From Sinorhizobium meliloti (GTDB lineage: Bacteria > Pseudomonadota > Alphaproteobacteria > Rhizobiales > Rhizobiaceae): a DNA stretch of 32,000 nucleotides. The notes under the pieces were generated by a model that was not told the origin of the DNA, did no database searches, and was given only the letters and a program-made list of their open reading frames with translations. Position 1 is the stretch's first letter; each line of letters starts with the position of its first letter. Where the stretch lies: assembly GCF_017876815.1 (NCBI RefSeq), contig NZ_JAGIOS010000002.1:1230001-1262000 (forward strand). Direction: 5' to 3'. This document shows positions 9,137-17,341 of the stretch, piece by piece. A program made the translations under genes and the position numbers.

Positions 9137-9751
9137 ATGAGAGTGAAAGTCCCATTCTTCGGGAGAGAGGTCCGCGGCACCCGACATGCGCTGCTCGGCA
9201 GGCACTTCGTCCTTGGCGTCTTGCCGGTCGCCCTATTCCTCTGGAATTCACCGGCGTCCGCGGAAGTTGCCGTTCCTGACAACGCCCGCACCATGACGGG
9301 CGTGGAGCTCTACATGATTTTCCAGGGCAAGACCTGGACATGGGAGAGCGGCGCCGGCCGGATGGAGAGTGAAGACCGTGCGTTCTGGGCCTGGGCGCAA
9401 TCGTCAACGGGAGAGAGCTGGGCCGAAGGCCGCTGGAGCGTGAATGACCGCGGCCAACTCTGCCTGATGGCCGTGTGGCACAGCCAGAGTGCTGCCGCCC
9501 CCGACAAGACCTGCTTCAGCCACCGCACGCTCGACGGAACCATTTACCAGAAAAGAGAGCCGTCGGGCGAGTGGTACGTCTTTAGACATGCCAAGGCGCA
9601 GGCAGGCGACGAGTTCAACCGTCTTGTCTCGGAAGATCTGGTCGCTTCCAAGCTCGCAGCCGTCAAGGAGCGTCTCGAGCGCCAAGTGAAAGAAACAAAG
9701 AATAGCGTTCGCCGGCACGCCGGCACGAACGCGGTTGGAGGTATGCAATGA
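9137..9751 (+). CDS. apsH1: secreted DUF995-type protein
   Basis: 204 aa. Signal peptide ...LFLWNSPASA/EV. Clear paralog of the protein at 10725..11234. Confidence 0.8.
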   Translation: MRVKVPFFGREVRGTRHALLGRHFVLGVLPVALFLWNSPASAEVAVPDNARTMTGVELYMIFQGKTWTWESGAGRMESEDRAFWAWAQSSTGESWAEGRWSVNDRGQLCLMAVWHSQSAAAPDKTCFSHRTLDGTIYQKREPSGEWYVFRHAKAQAGDEFNRLVSEDLVASKLAAVKERLERQVKETKNSVRRHAGTNAVGGMQ

Positions 9752-10725
9752 ACAGGAAATCAAAGGCCATTGCCTTCGCATCTTTCGGGCTATTGCTGTC
9801 CGGTACGGTGCTCGCGGCCAACATCCCGCGGGGTATTCCCGATCCGAACTCGGCGACGATGGCAACGCCATCGGACAAGCGGCCCGTACTAACGGAGAAC
9901 TCGGTCGATTTCGGCGCTTACGATCCTCACGGCGACTTCGGCACGCCGGGCAGCTCAAAGATCGAGCATCTCTTCCTGCCGTGGGAAGACGTCGACCTGT
10001 CGACGCTGACGCTTGCCGACGACTACGCCCAAGCGCGCGGCCGCTCGCTCATGATCACCGTGGAACCGTGGTCGTGGTCGCCCGAGTGGCGCGTGACCGA
10101 AGGGGAACTCCTGCGTTCGATCCTGAGCGGCGAACGCGACGAGAACATGGCTCGGGTCTGTTCGGCCGCCGCCGCCCTCAAGAGTCCCGTCATCATCCGC
10201 TGGGGTCAGGAAATGGACGAAACCGATAACCAGTTCTCCTGGTCGCATTGGCGGGGCGAGGACTTCAAGGCAGCCTATCGCCGCGTGGTGAATGTCTGCC
10301 GCAGCCACCTGAAGAACGCGAAGTTCATGTGGTCTCCCAAAGGCAACGAGGGGCTGGAAGCCTTCTATCCAGGTGACGACGTCGTCGATATCGTCGGGCT
10401 CTCGGTATTCGGTTACCAGCCTTACGACCAGGGCACGACCGGCCGCGATCAGACATTTGCGGAGCGGCTAGCGCCCGGATACGGCCGGGTGATGAACTAC
10501 GGCAAGCCGATCATGGTCGCCGAGCTCGGCTACGAGGGCGGTGGTTCATACGTCGCAAGCTGGGCGGCAACGGTCGCCGAGCGCCACGCCGAATTCCCCC
10601 AACTGACAGCCGTGGTCTACTTCAACGATCGCGAGATTTATGACTGGCCGCAGGGCTACGGCCGGCCCGATTGGCGGGTCGTCCGCAATACCATTAGCGG
10701 GCAAGTGCCCGATGGAGGCATGTGA
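9748..10725 (+). CDS. apsE: secreted glycoside hydrolase, GH26-like
   Basis: 325 aa with an ATGA overlap with apsH1. Signal peptide ...SGTVLAANIP. The blocks IIRWGQEMDE...FSWSHW and IMVAELGYEG resemble the GH26 acid/base and nucleophile glutamate motifs. Confidence 0.75.
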   Translation: MNRKSKAIAFASFGLLLSGTVLAANIPRGIPDPNSATMATPSDKRPVLTENSVDFGAYDPHGDFGTPGSSKIEHLFLPWEDVDLSTLTLADDYAQARGRSLMITVEPWSWSPEWRVTEGELLRSILSGERDENMARVCSAAAALKSPVIIRWGQEMDETDNQFSWSHWRGEDFKAAYRRVVNVCRSHLKNAKFMWSPKGNEGLEAFYPGDDVVDIVGLSVFGYQPYDQGTTGRDQTFAERLAPGYGRVMNYGKPIMVAELGYEGGGSYVASWAATVAERHAEFPQLTAVVYFNDREIYDWPQGYGRPDWRVVRNTISGQVPDGGM

Positions 10726-11234
10726 TGAAATCGATATATCGAGGAATACCTTTGGCCATCGCGCTGGCCGCCAGCATAGCCGGTGCTTCACTCGCCGAAG
10801 CCGCCGCTGGGCGTGCCGAGAGGAAGACCACTCCCCTGACGCACGCAGAACTGTACCAACTCTACGGCCAGAAATCCTGGATATGGAAAGAGGGCGCAGG
10901 CTATTTCTCGGTGCAGGCGCGCCGGTTCATCGCCTGGTCCAAGGAGAACGGAAAACCGTCCTATGGGGTAGGCCGCTGGTTCATCACCGGTCCTGGGAAA
11001 CTATGCTTCCGTGCCGAATGGCATGCCAGGGATGGCTCGTCGCCAGCGACGACCTGCTTCAGCCACGCCAAGCGGGGTGGCGTGATCTATCAGAGGCGGG
11101 AGCCGGATGGCGCCTGGTACGTCTTCAAGAACGCACGGGTGAGGCCAGATGACGAGTTCGCCAAGCTTCGGCGCGGCAATTACGTGGGCGCAAGCCTGAA
11201 CCGCATCGAGGCGAGACTCGGCCGGGTCGAGTAA
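10725..11234 (+). CDS. apsH2: secreted DUF995-type protein (second paralog)
   Basis: ATG 10725 overlaps the apsE TGA. GTG 10722 is an alternative start. Signal peptide MKSIYRGIPLAIALAASIAGASLAEA. It shares the TCFSH and IYQ.REP.G.WYVF blocks with apsH1. Confidence 0.8.
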   Translation: MKSIYRGIPLAIALAASIAGASLAEAAAGRAERKTTPLTHAELYQLYGQKSWIWKEGAGYFSVQARRFIAWSKENGKPSYGVGRWFITGPGKLCFRAEWHARDGSSPATTCFSHAKRGGVIYQRREPDGAWYVFKNARVRPDDEFAKLRRGNYVGASLNRIEARLGRVE

Positions 11235-11254
11235 CCCCCGGCCGGGAAGGGGTT
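11233..11254 (+). terminator. weak hairpin at the end of the aps operon
   Basis: AACCCC (11233-11238) pairs with GGGGTT (11249-11254) and overlaps the TAA. There is no U-tract. Confidence 0.25.
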
Positions 11255-11423
11255 GCGCGGTCGGCCGGTGTCAGCAGTGCAAATTGGCTCCGCAGATGAG
11301 CCCGGCATCGAACGGCCCGCAACCCCGCCCTTAGGTAGGTTGCACTGAAACAGTGAAACGACCTCGTTTTTTGAAACTGCGCATTCCGAACGGAAAACGA
11401 CAGACACCTGTCCGGCACTGCTT

Positions 11424-11726
11424 CTAACGAAGGAAGCAGCGCGAGGTGCTTCCGAAGCCGCTGGGCGTGCAGATATAGGGAGCCCGCCCGAGATAGGCCG
11501 AGCGCACCAGTTTTGGCGTTTTTTGCGTGACCGCTTGCTTGCCCAGCGCGGGCTTCCTTTCAGGCGAGGGGTAGCCGACTTCCCGCGTGATCGAAGCGGT
11601 CGTTTCCTGGCTGACCGTCGAGGAGCAGCCCCAGGCAGCGGCGGCGAGCATCACCGCAAGAGTGCTGCGGGCGACGGTTTTGCGGGCTTCGAACAGTCCG
11701 GACAATGCTTTCGTCTTTACCTTCAC
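11424..11726 (-). CDS. small putative lipoprotein / secreted protein
   Basis: 100 aa. GTG start with GGGGAG 8 nt upstream. Hydrophobic leader ...LAVMLAAAAWGC/SST has an atypical lipobox. The C-terminus has a Cys pair, APYICTPSGFGSTSRCF. Confidence 0.5.
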   Translation of the reverse strand: MKVKTKALSGLFEARKTVARSTLAVMLAAAAWGCSSTVSQETTASITREVGYPSPERKPALGKQAVTQKTPKLVRSAYLGRAPYICTPSGFGSTSRCFLR

Positions 11727-11889
11727 AATTGCAACTCCCCGTTTTTTGGTTGTGAAGGAAGGTTAGCCGAAAGGATTTAATTCACGGTCGAGGAAAAGCC
11801 GACAATTCGCCGGGATTGCGCATCAGGCCCTTAACCATTCGGCCTGTCGCGCCTGATTTGGAGTTGCTGCCGAACCGGCCCAGCAGCCG

Positions 11890-12960
11890 TCAATTTTCGA
11901 CCTTGTTGCTGAAATGCGCGTTGCCGAGGCCAGTCCCGATCGTCAGGATCCCCCAACTCGATGCATTCTGCACGAAGGGTATCTGCGACAGACCTTGCAC
12001 GACGGCGTCGTTGTGCATGATCACGAAGGTCTCGTGATCGCCGATTTGCGGAATGGCGTCCTTAAGGGCGGCGGGCAGGTTGAAATGCTCGCTTTCCCAG
12101 TTGCCGCCCGGCAGGTTCTGGCCGCCGCGAAGGATCGAGCCATCCTCGTTGATCACACCGGGGCAGGCCACGCCGATGACCGGCGCCGGCGCGAGGTCTG
12201 CCTTGTCCGCCTTGGCTATAAGCTTCTCGATCATGCCGATGAGCCCCTCGATGGTCGTGCTTCTGTTGGGCTTGTCATCCGCATGGCGCCAGATATCCGA
12301 TTTCCAGACCTTGGCCTTGGAGAGATCGGTTTCATCCTTCAGGTGCAGCTCGACTATGCCCACGCGGATATTGGTGCCGCCGATGTCGATGGCGAGGATC
12401 GCCTTGTGTCCCTTCAGCATCCAGGCGGGCATGAGATGCGCGGCACCGATAAGTCCCGCATCATCCGGATGGTGAACGATAGGGGAGAGTTCGATCTTGA
12501 TGCCTTCAGCCTTCAGTAGCACCATTGCCCGGGCAATGGCCAATTCACCTACTGCGCTTCCCCGGAAGCCTCCGCCGATTACCACGCGTTCCGTATTCTT
12601 CCAGTTCTTTTGTTGCAGAAACCGTTCGAGAACGCTGGCGAGTTCGCCGGCGAAATCGTCGACCGCACCCATGATCAGGGCGGCCGCCTCCTTGTCGTCG
12701 CCGCGCAGAAGGGCATCGACTTGCTTTTTGGACAGATCCTGGGTCAAAGCCTGCCCCAGCGGATCGTCGCCGCCTTTGCGCACGCGTTTGCGCCACGCGT
12801 CGAGCTTCTCCTGGAAGGCAAATTTGTTGGCCCTGTCGCCAAGGAAGCCGTCGCCGTCACGCAGCTCCAGATTATAATCGTCAACCGTCACCGACGGCAG
12901 ATCGCTGGCCCCATGAATGAGCGGGACGCCATTTCGTTTTTCGTTCGCGGATCTGCCCAC
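11890..12960 (-). CDS. ASKHA/ROK-like sugar kinase homolog with swapped domain order
   Basis: I place the start at GTG 12960 (GGGAGG 4-5 nt upstream), giving 356 aa. The track ORF extends to 13425 through R/S-rich sequence that overlaps the divergent M42 gene. C-terminal half carries AIDIGGTNIRVG, GVACPGVI, MHNDAVVQG and TIGTGLG. N-terminal half carries GDDKEAAALI..., VVIGGGF and DAGLIGAAHL. Confidence 0.75.
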   Translation of the reverse strand: MGRSANEKRNGVPLIHGASDLPSVTVDDYNLELRDGDGFLGDRANKFAFQEKLDAWRKRVRKGGDDPLGQALTQDLSKKQVDALLRGDDKEAAALIMGAVDDFAGELASVLERFLQQKNWKNTERVVIGGGFRGSAVGELAIARAMVLLKAEGIKIELSPIVHHPDDAGLIGAAHLMPAWMLKGHKAILAIDIGGTNIRVGIVELHLKDETDLSKAKVWKSDIWRHADDKPNRSTTIEGLIGMIEKLIAKADKADLAPAPVIGVACPGVINEDGSILRGGQNLPGGNWESEHFNLPAALKDAIPQIGDHETFVIMHNDAVVQGLSQIPFVQNASSWGILTIGTGLGNAHFSNKVEN

Positions 12961-13134
12961 GCAACCTCCCGAGCTTCGCCTCGCTGGACTTGCCGAATAG
13001 CTGAGTACCTTACAACGTAGCGGGCGGTGCGATGTTCCCGTCCGCGACTTTCGATACGCGCGTGACGATCTGCGGGAGCCCGTCGCTTCGGTAACATTGT
13101 TGACGCGGGCATCCATGCTTGCGACAACGCATTC

Positions 13135-14292
13135 ATGCAGACACCGATCAATATCGACCCGGAATATCTCACCAGCCGGCTGAAAGCTCTGCTCGACATT
13201 GCGAGCCCCACCGGCTTCACCGATGAGGCGGTGCGCTACACGGCGCGTGAGCTCGAGCGCCTCGGCCTTGAAGTCAAGCTGACCCGCCGGGGTGCGATCC
13301 GCGCTCTTCGGCCGGGGGCTGCCGAGCGGCCGGCCCGCGGGATCGTCTCGCACTTGGACACCCTCGGCGCGCAGGTGAAGGCGCTGAAGGAAAACGGCCG
13401 CCTCGAACTGGTATCGATCGGGCACTGGTCGGCACGGTTCGCGGAGGGGGCTCGCGCCTCGATCTTTTCCGGCAAGGGCACCTATCGCGGCTCAATTCTC
13501 CCTCTGAAAGCTTCCGGTCACACCTTCAACGAGGAGGTCGACACGCAACTGACAGGCTGGCGCCATATCGAGCTGCGCGTCGATGCGCTCGCCCGCGACC
13601 GCAACGACCTGGTGCAGCTCGGAATAGACGTCGGCGACATCGTCGCCATCGATCCGCAGCCGGAATTCCTCGAGAACGGGTTCATCGTTTCGCGGCATCT
13701 CGACGACAAGGCGGGGGTCGCCATCATGCTTGCGGCGCTTGAGGCCATGCAGCGTGAGAAGGTGGACACGCCGGTCGACACCTATTGGCTCTTCACCATC
13801 GGCGAGGAAGTAGGTGTAGGCGCGTCAGCGGCAATCGTCCCGGAAATCGCCTCGCTGGTGGCGATAGACAACGGCACGACCGCGCCGGGCCAGAATTCGG
13901 ACGAGTTCGGCGTGACTCTCGCAATGGCGGACCAGACGGGACCTTTCGACTATCACCTCTCAAAAAAGCTTTACGAGCTTTGCGGCGAGCATGGCATCCG
14001 CGTCCAGAAGGACGTCTTCCGCTACTACCGTTCCGATGCCGCTTCCGCGGTCGAGGCGGGGCACGACGTCCGCACGGCCCTTCTCACTTTCGGTGTCGAC
14101 GCGTCGCACGGCTATGAGCGTATTCACCTCCATGCCCTGATGTCCGTTGCGAAGCTCGCGGTGTATCACACGGCAAGCGAGGTCCAGATCGAGCGCGACG
14201 CCGAGGAGGTCTCCGGCCTTCGGGGCTTTACCCGGCAGAAGGTACGACAGGCCGAGCAGGATTTGAAGGCGGACGAGCCGGACGTATCCTGA
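13135..14292 (+). CDS. M42-family metallo-aminopeptidase/hydrolase, probably the NAGGN-associated type
   Basis: 385 aa. M42-like blocks SHLDTLG, SRHLDDKAGVA, TIGEEVGVGAS and VDASHGYER. The link to NAGGN is inferred from asnO-ngg lying 7.5 kb downstream. Confidence 0.8.
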   Translation: MQTPINIDPEYLTSRLKALLDIASPTGFTDEAVRYTARELERLGLEVKLTRRGAIRALRPGAAERPARGIVSHLDTLGAQVKALKENGRLELVSIGHWSARFAEGARASIFSGKGTYRGSILPLKASGHTFNEEVDTQLTGWRHIELRVDALARDRNDLVQLGIDVGDIVAIDPQPEFLENGFIVSRHLDDKAGVAIMLAALEAMQREKVDTPVDTYWLFTIGEEVGVGASAAIVPEIASLVAIDNGTTAPGQNSDEFGVTLAMADQTGPFDYHLSKKLYELCGEHGIRVQKDVFRYYRSDAASAVEAGHDVRTALLTFGVDASHGYERIHLHALMSVAKLAVYHTASEVQIERDAEEVSGLRGFTRQKVRQAEQDLKADEPDVS

Positions 14293-14343
14293 TGCGCCTT
14301 GCTTTCAATCGGACTCACTACCGCATCCGACTTGCCTTCATCC

Positions 14344-14366
14344 GCCTGCCGGTCCGACCGGCAGGC
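14344..14366. terminator. perfect 9-bp-stem hairpin after the M42 gene
   Basis: GCCTGCCGG-TCCGA-CCGGCAGGC, 52 nt after the stop. There is no U-tract on either strand. Confidence 0.45.
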
Positions 14367-14666
14367 CGAATGCCCCGAGCGCCATCCACACTGCCATGGC
14401 AACCATCATCAGGTTCTCGATCAGCGAGACGAATCCGAGAGGAACGTTGCTCGATCCACCGTGGCTGCGAGGCCTACCGGGTAGCGCGGCAATCGAAAGC
14501 AGCTGTCGATTGCCGGATTATTTTGCCTCTGTGACCGGCATAACTTATCGCAAGTCAACAGTTCCAATTCGCCGTGGAACAGTAGTCTTGACCATTTTGC
14601 AACGGTCTTTGTCCCGACCGAAAAGGGCGGAAACAGACGAGATGTTTCGCCTCGCACCATACTCCG

Positions 14667-14888
14667 TTAGACGGCTGCCTGCTTGTCTCCCGCGAGAGTG
14701 TACGCCACGAGCGCATTTGCATGGCCGTGGCCCATTCCGTGTTCGCTCTTCAGCAGATCGACGAGTTCCATGTGCTTTGCTGGATAGTGCTTTCGCACGA
14801 GCGCCTGCCAATCACTGATCGGACGGCCGTATTTCTTCTCGATCGATGGAAAATAGGAAGCAGGCCCTTTGATCTTCTCGGTGGTCAT
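14667..14888 (-). CDS. DUF4287 domain protein
   Basis: 73 aa. ...GPASYFPSIEKKYGRPISDW...HGMGHGHANALV matches my memory of DUF4287. It has an ATGA overlap with the upstream VOC gene. Confidence 0.75.
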   Translation of the reverse strand: MTTEKIKGPASYFPSIEKKYGRPISDWQALVRKHYPAKHMELVDLLKSEHGMGHGHANALVAYTLAGDKQAAV

Positions 14889-15370
14889 AGCGTGTCACCT
14901 CCTTTTCGTGCCGCATCGATCGCAGCTACGTCGATTTTCCTCATCGACATCATCGCGTCGAATGCGCGTTTTGCTTGTTCGCCACCTGCTGCAAGCGCGT
15001 CCATTAGAGTGCGAGGTGTGATCTGCCACGATACGCCCCACTTATCCTTGCACCAGCCGCATTCGCTTTCCTGACCGCCATTGCCGACGATGGCGTTCCA
15101 ATAGCGATCTGTTTCTTCCTGATCCTCGGTGCTGATCTGGAATGAGAAAGCTTCGCTGTGCTTGAATGTGGGGCCGCCGTTCAATCCGATGCAAGCGACA
15201 CCTGCCACCGTGAACTCCACGACCAGCACGTCTCCCTCCTCTCCGTCGGGGTATTTGCCGGGCGCGCGAATGACGGCTCCGATCTTGCTGTCTGGGAAGG
15301 TGTCCGCATAGAAGCGGGCGGCTTCCTCAGCGTCCTTGTCGTACCATAGACAAATGGTGTTCTTAGACAT
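14885..15370 (-). CDS. VOC/glyoxalase-fold protein, PhnB-like (3-demethylubiquinone-9 3-methyltransferase domain family)
   Basis: 161 aa. N-terminus ICLWYDKDAEEAARFYADTFPDSKI and the block CGWCKDKWGVSWQI are typical of this family. AGGAGGA lies 7 nt upstream of the ATG. Confidence 0.8.
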   Translation of the reverse strand: MSKNTICLWYDKDAEEAARFYADTFPDSKIGAVIRAPGKYPDGEEGDVLVVEFTVAGVACIGLNGGPTFKHSEAFSFQISTEDQEETDRYWNAIVGNGGQESECGWCKDKWGVSWQITPRTLMDALAAGGEQAKRAFDAMMSMRKIDVAAIDAARKGGDTL

Positions 15371-15652
15371 CGCGTCGTCCTCCTGGTCGTTGTCCTTCAG
15401 ATCGAGAGCCCGACCTGATGATACGATGACGCACCAGCCGCAACCGATCCGACATCGTCATCATCAAAAATCGGTGCTCTCTTTCGATCCATCTCGTTTT
15501 GTGGACCGAACGCCTCGGGCCGAGGCAACGTCGATCGCCTTTGCGCCATTTAGAGGGTCACCATGGGCGGGGCTTCGTCGAGGGGCATCCTCTCTATGTC
15601 GCGCTCGATGGAGGGTCTGTAATTCAATCATGATAAATCATTGCAAGGCGAA

Positions 15653-15670
15653 TATTTATCGTTATAAATA
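15653..15670. promoter_or_regulatory. AT-rich inverted repeat TATTTAT-N4-ATAAATA upstream of the peptide ABC operon
   Basis: Perfect 7-bp arms, 41 nt upstream of ATG 15711. The near-palindrome ATGATAAATCAT sits at 15630-15641. It could be an operator (for example for the operon's GntR) or simply -10-region AT-richness. Confidence 0.35.
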
Positions 15671-15710
15671 GCCCCTCGCGAACTGAAGCCAAATCGAAAG
15701 GATCTTCCCC

Positions 15711-17264
15711 ATGAAGAGGCTGTTTCGGAGCGCCATCGCCTTGGCCGCTCTTGCTTTTGCAGGGGCCGCCGCAGCGCAGACTCCGCCCGATGTTCTCGTC
15801 GTTGGCCAGATTGCCGAGCCGCAGTCTCTGGACCCGCATACGGTGACCGCAACCAATGACTTCCGCATTCTGGTCAACGTCTATGATGGCCTGGTCCGTT
15901 TCAAGGACGGTACATTGGAGGTCGAGCCGGCGCTTGCGGAAAGCTGGAAAATCTCGGACGATGGCAAGACTTATACGTTCACGCTAAGGCAGGGGGTGAA
16001 GTTCCACGACGGTTCGAATTTCGATGCCGAGGCGGTGAAGTTCAACTTCTACCGCATGCTGAAGAAGGACCATCCGTTCTACGACACCGGGCCATTCCCG
16101 CTTTCCTTCAACTTCGCCTCCGTCGAAGCGGTTAACGTGCTGGATGAGCATACGGTCGAGTTCAAGCTCAGCGAAGCCTTTGCGCCGTTCCTTTCAAATC
16201 TAGCCTATCCCACGGGTCTGATCGTTTCGCCGGTCGCCGTGGAAAGACATGGCAAGGAATATGGCCGCAGCCCGTCGGGGACCGGCCCGTTCAAATTCGT
16301 CGAGTGGCTGTCGAACCAGCGTGTCGTCGTGGAGCGCAATCCGGACTACTGGGATGGCGCCGCGAAGCTTCAGGCCGTCGTCTTCCGCCCCATCACCGAC
16401 GCCAACACCCGCGTCGCCGAGATGATGGCTGGCGGTATCGACGTGATGGTCGAGGTGCCGCCGGACAATCTCGCGACCTTTGAGCAGGATGCCAATTTTG
16501 CCGTGGCCGAGCAGGCGGGGCCACATGTCTGGTTCACCATCCTGAACACCAAGCAGGGCCCCTTTGCCGACAAGCGCGTGCGCCAGGCGGCCAATTATGC
16601 GGTGAACAAGCAAACGCTGGTCGACGACGTGCTGCGGGGAACGGCGACGGTCGCGGCCGGCCCGATACCGCCCGCCTTCAACTGGGTGGAAAGCTCGGTG
16701 GAGCCCTATGCCCATGATCCCGAAAAGGCCAGGGCACTGCTCGCGGAAGCCGGCGTCGAAAATCCGCAGGTGACGTTCTACGTCACCGAAGGCGGCTCGG
16801 GCATGCTCGATCCGATCACCATGGGTGCGGCGATCCAGGCGGATCTCCAGGCTGTCGGCTTCAAGGTCAAGATCGAAACCTACGAGTGGAACACCTTCCT
16901 TGGCCGCGTAAATCCGGGCCTCGAGGGCAAGGCGGACATGGCCGAGATGGCCTGGATGACAAACGATCCGGATACCGTCCCCTATCTGACGTTGCGCACC
17001 GATGCCATGCCCGACAAGGGAGGCTTCAACTCCGGCTACTATTCCAATCCGCAGCTGGACGAGCTTCTGGAAAAGGCGCGCAGGTCCACCGACCAGGCCG
17101 AACGCGGCAAGCTCTATGGCGAGGTCCAGTCGATCGTGCATGACGACGCGCCGTGGCTCTTCGTCGCCAACTGGAAGCAGAACGCGGTGACGACCGCCGC
17201 CGTCAAGGGTTTCAAGCTGCAGCCCTCCTTCCTCCTCGATCTCCATGGCGTGACGAAAGAGTAG
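15711..17264 (+). CDS. ABC transporter substrate-binding protein, family 5 (peptide/nickel/opine type, DppA-like)
   Basis: 517 aa. Signal peptide ...ALAFAGAAAAQ. The length and blocks such as LVRF.DG.LEPALAESW are typical of SBP family 5. Confidence 0.9.
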   Translation: MKRLFRSAIALAALAFAGAAAAQTPPDVLVVGQIAEPQSLDPHTVTATNDFRILVNVYDGLVRFKDGTLEVEPALAESWKISDDGKTYTFTLRQGVKFHDGSNFDAEAVKFNFYRMLKKDHPFYDTGPFPLSFNFASVEAVNVLDEHTVEFKLSEAFAPFLSNLAYPTGLIVSPVAVERHGKEYGRSPSGTGPFKFVEWLSNQRVVVERNPDYWDGAAKLQAVVFRPITDANTRVAEMMAGGIDVMVEVPPDNLATFEQDANFAVAEQAGPHVWFTILNTKQGPFADKRVRQAANYAVNKQTLVDDVLRGTATVAAGPIPPAFNWVESSVEPYAHDPEKARALLAEAGVENPQVTFYVTEGGSGMLDPITMGAAIQADLQAVGFKVKIETYEWNTFLGRVNPGLEGKADMAEMAWMTNDPDTVPYLTLRTDAMPDKGGFNSGYYSNPQLDELLEKARRSTDQAERGKLYGEVQSIVHDDAPWLFVANWKQNAVTTAAVKGFKLQPSFLLDLHGVTKE

Positions 17265-17280
17265 CTCGTGCACCGGAAAT

Positions 17281-17311
17281 CGCCGCCGGCATGTTCGTTC
17301 TGCCGGTGGCG
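17281..17311 (+). promoter_or_regulatory. intercistronic hairpin after the SBP gene
   Basis: CGCCGCCGGCA (17281-17291) pairs with TGCCGGTGGCG (17301-17311). The stem is 11 bp with one G-U pair and the loop is 9 nt. It lies between the SBP stop (17264) and the permease start (17342). Confidence 0.5.
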
Positions 17312-17341
17312 ACCAACACGGACCTCCCCGGAGGGTTATCC

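Noticed and set aside
11235-11423. Possible sRNA or terminator downstream of apsH2 (CACTG-AAA-CAGTG at about 11343-11355, and a T6 run near 11372-11377)
   Set aside because: The stems are only 4-6 bp and the T-run is not preceded by a stable GC hairpin. This is not enough to call an RNA gene from sequence alone.
12961-13425. Upstream extension of the ROK-like ORF (start at 13425 or at ATG 13116)
   Set aside because: It would overlap the divergent M42 gene or leave only 18 bp of promoter. The residues are R/S-rich and unlike coding sequence. GTG 12960 has a strong GGGAGG SD.
14338-14517. Membrane-protein-like minus-strand reading frame as a real small gene
   Set aside because: It has no start codon with an SD. 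The only ATGs would give a 23-aa peptide. The terminal part coincides with a hairpin. I kept it only as a possible relic in the findings.
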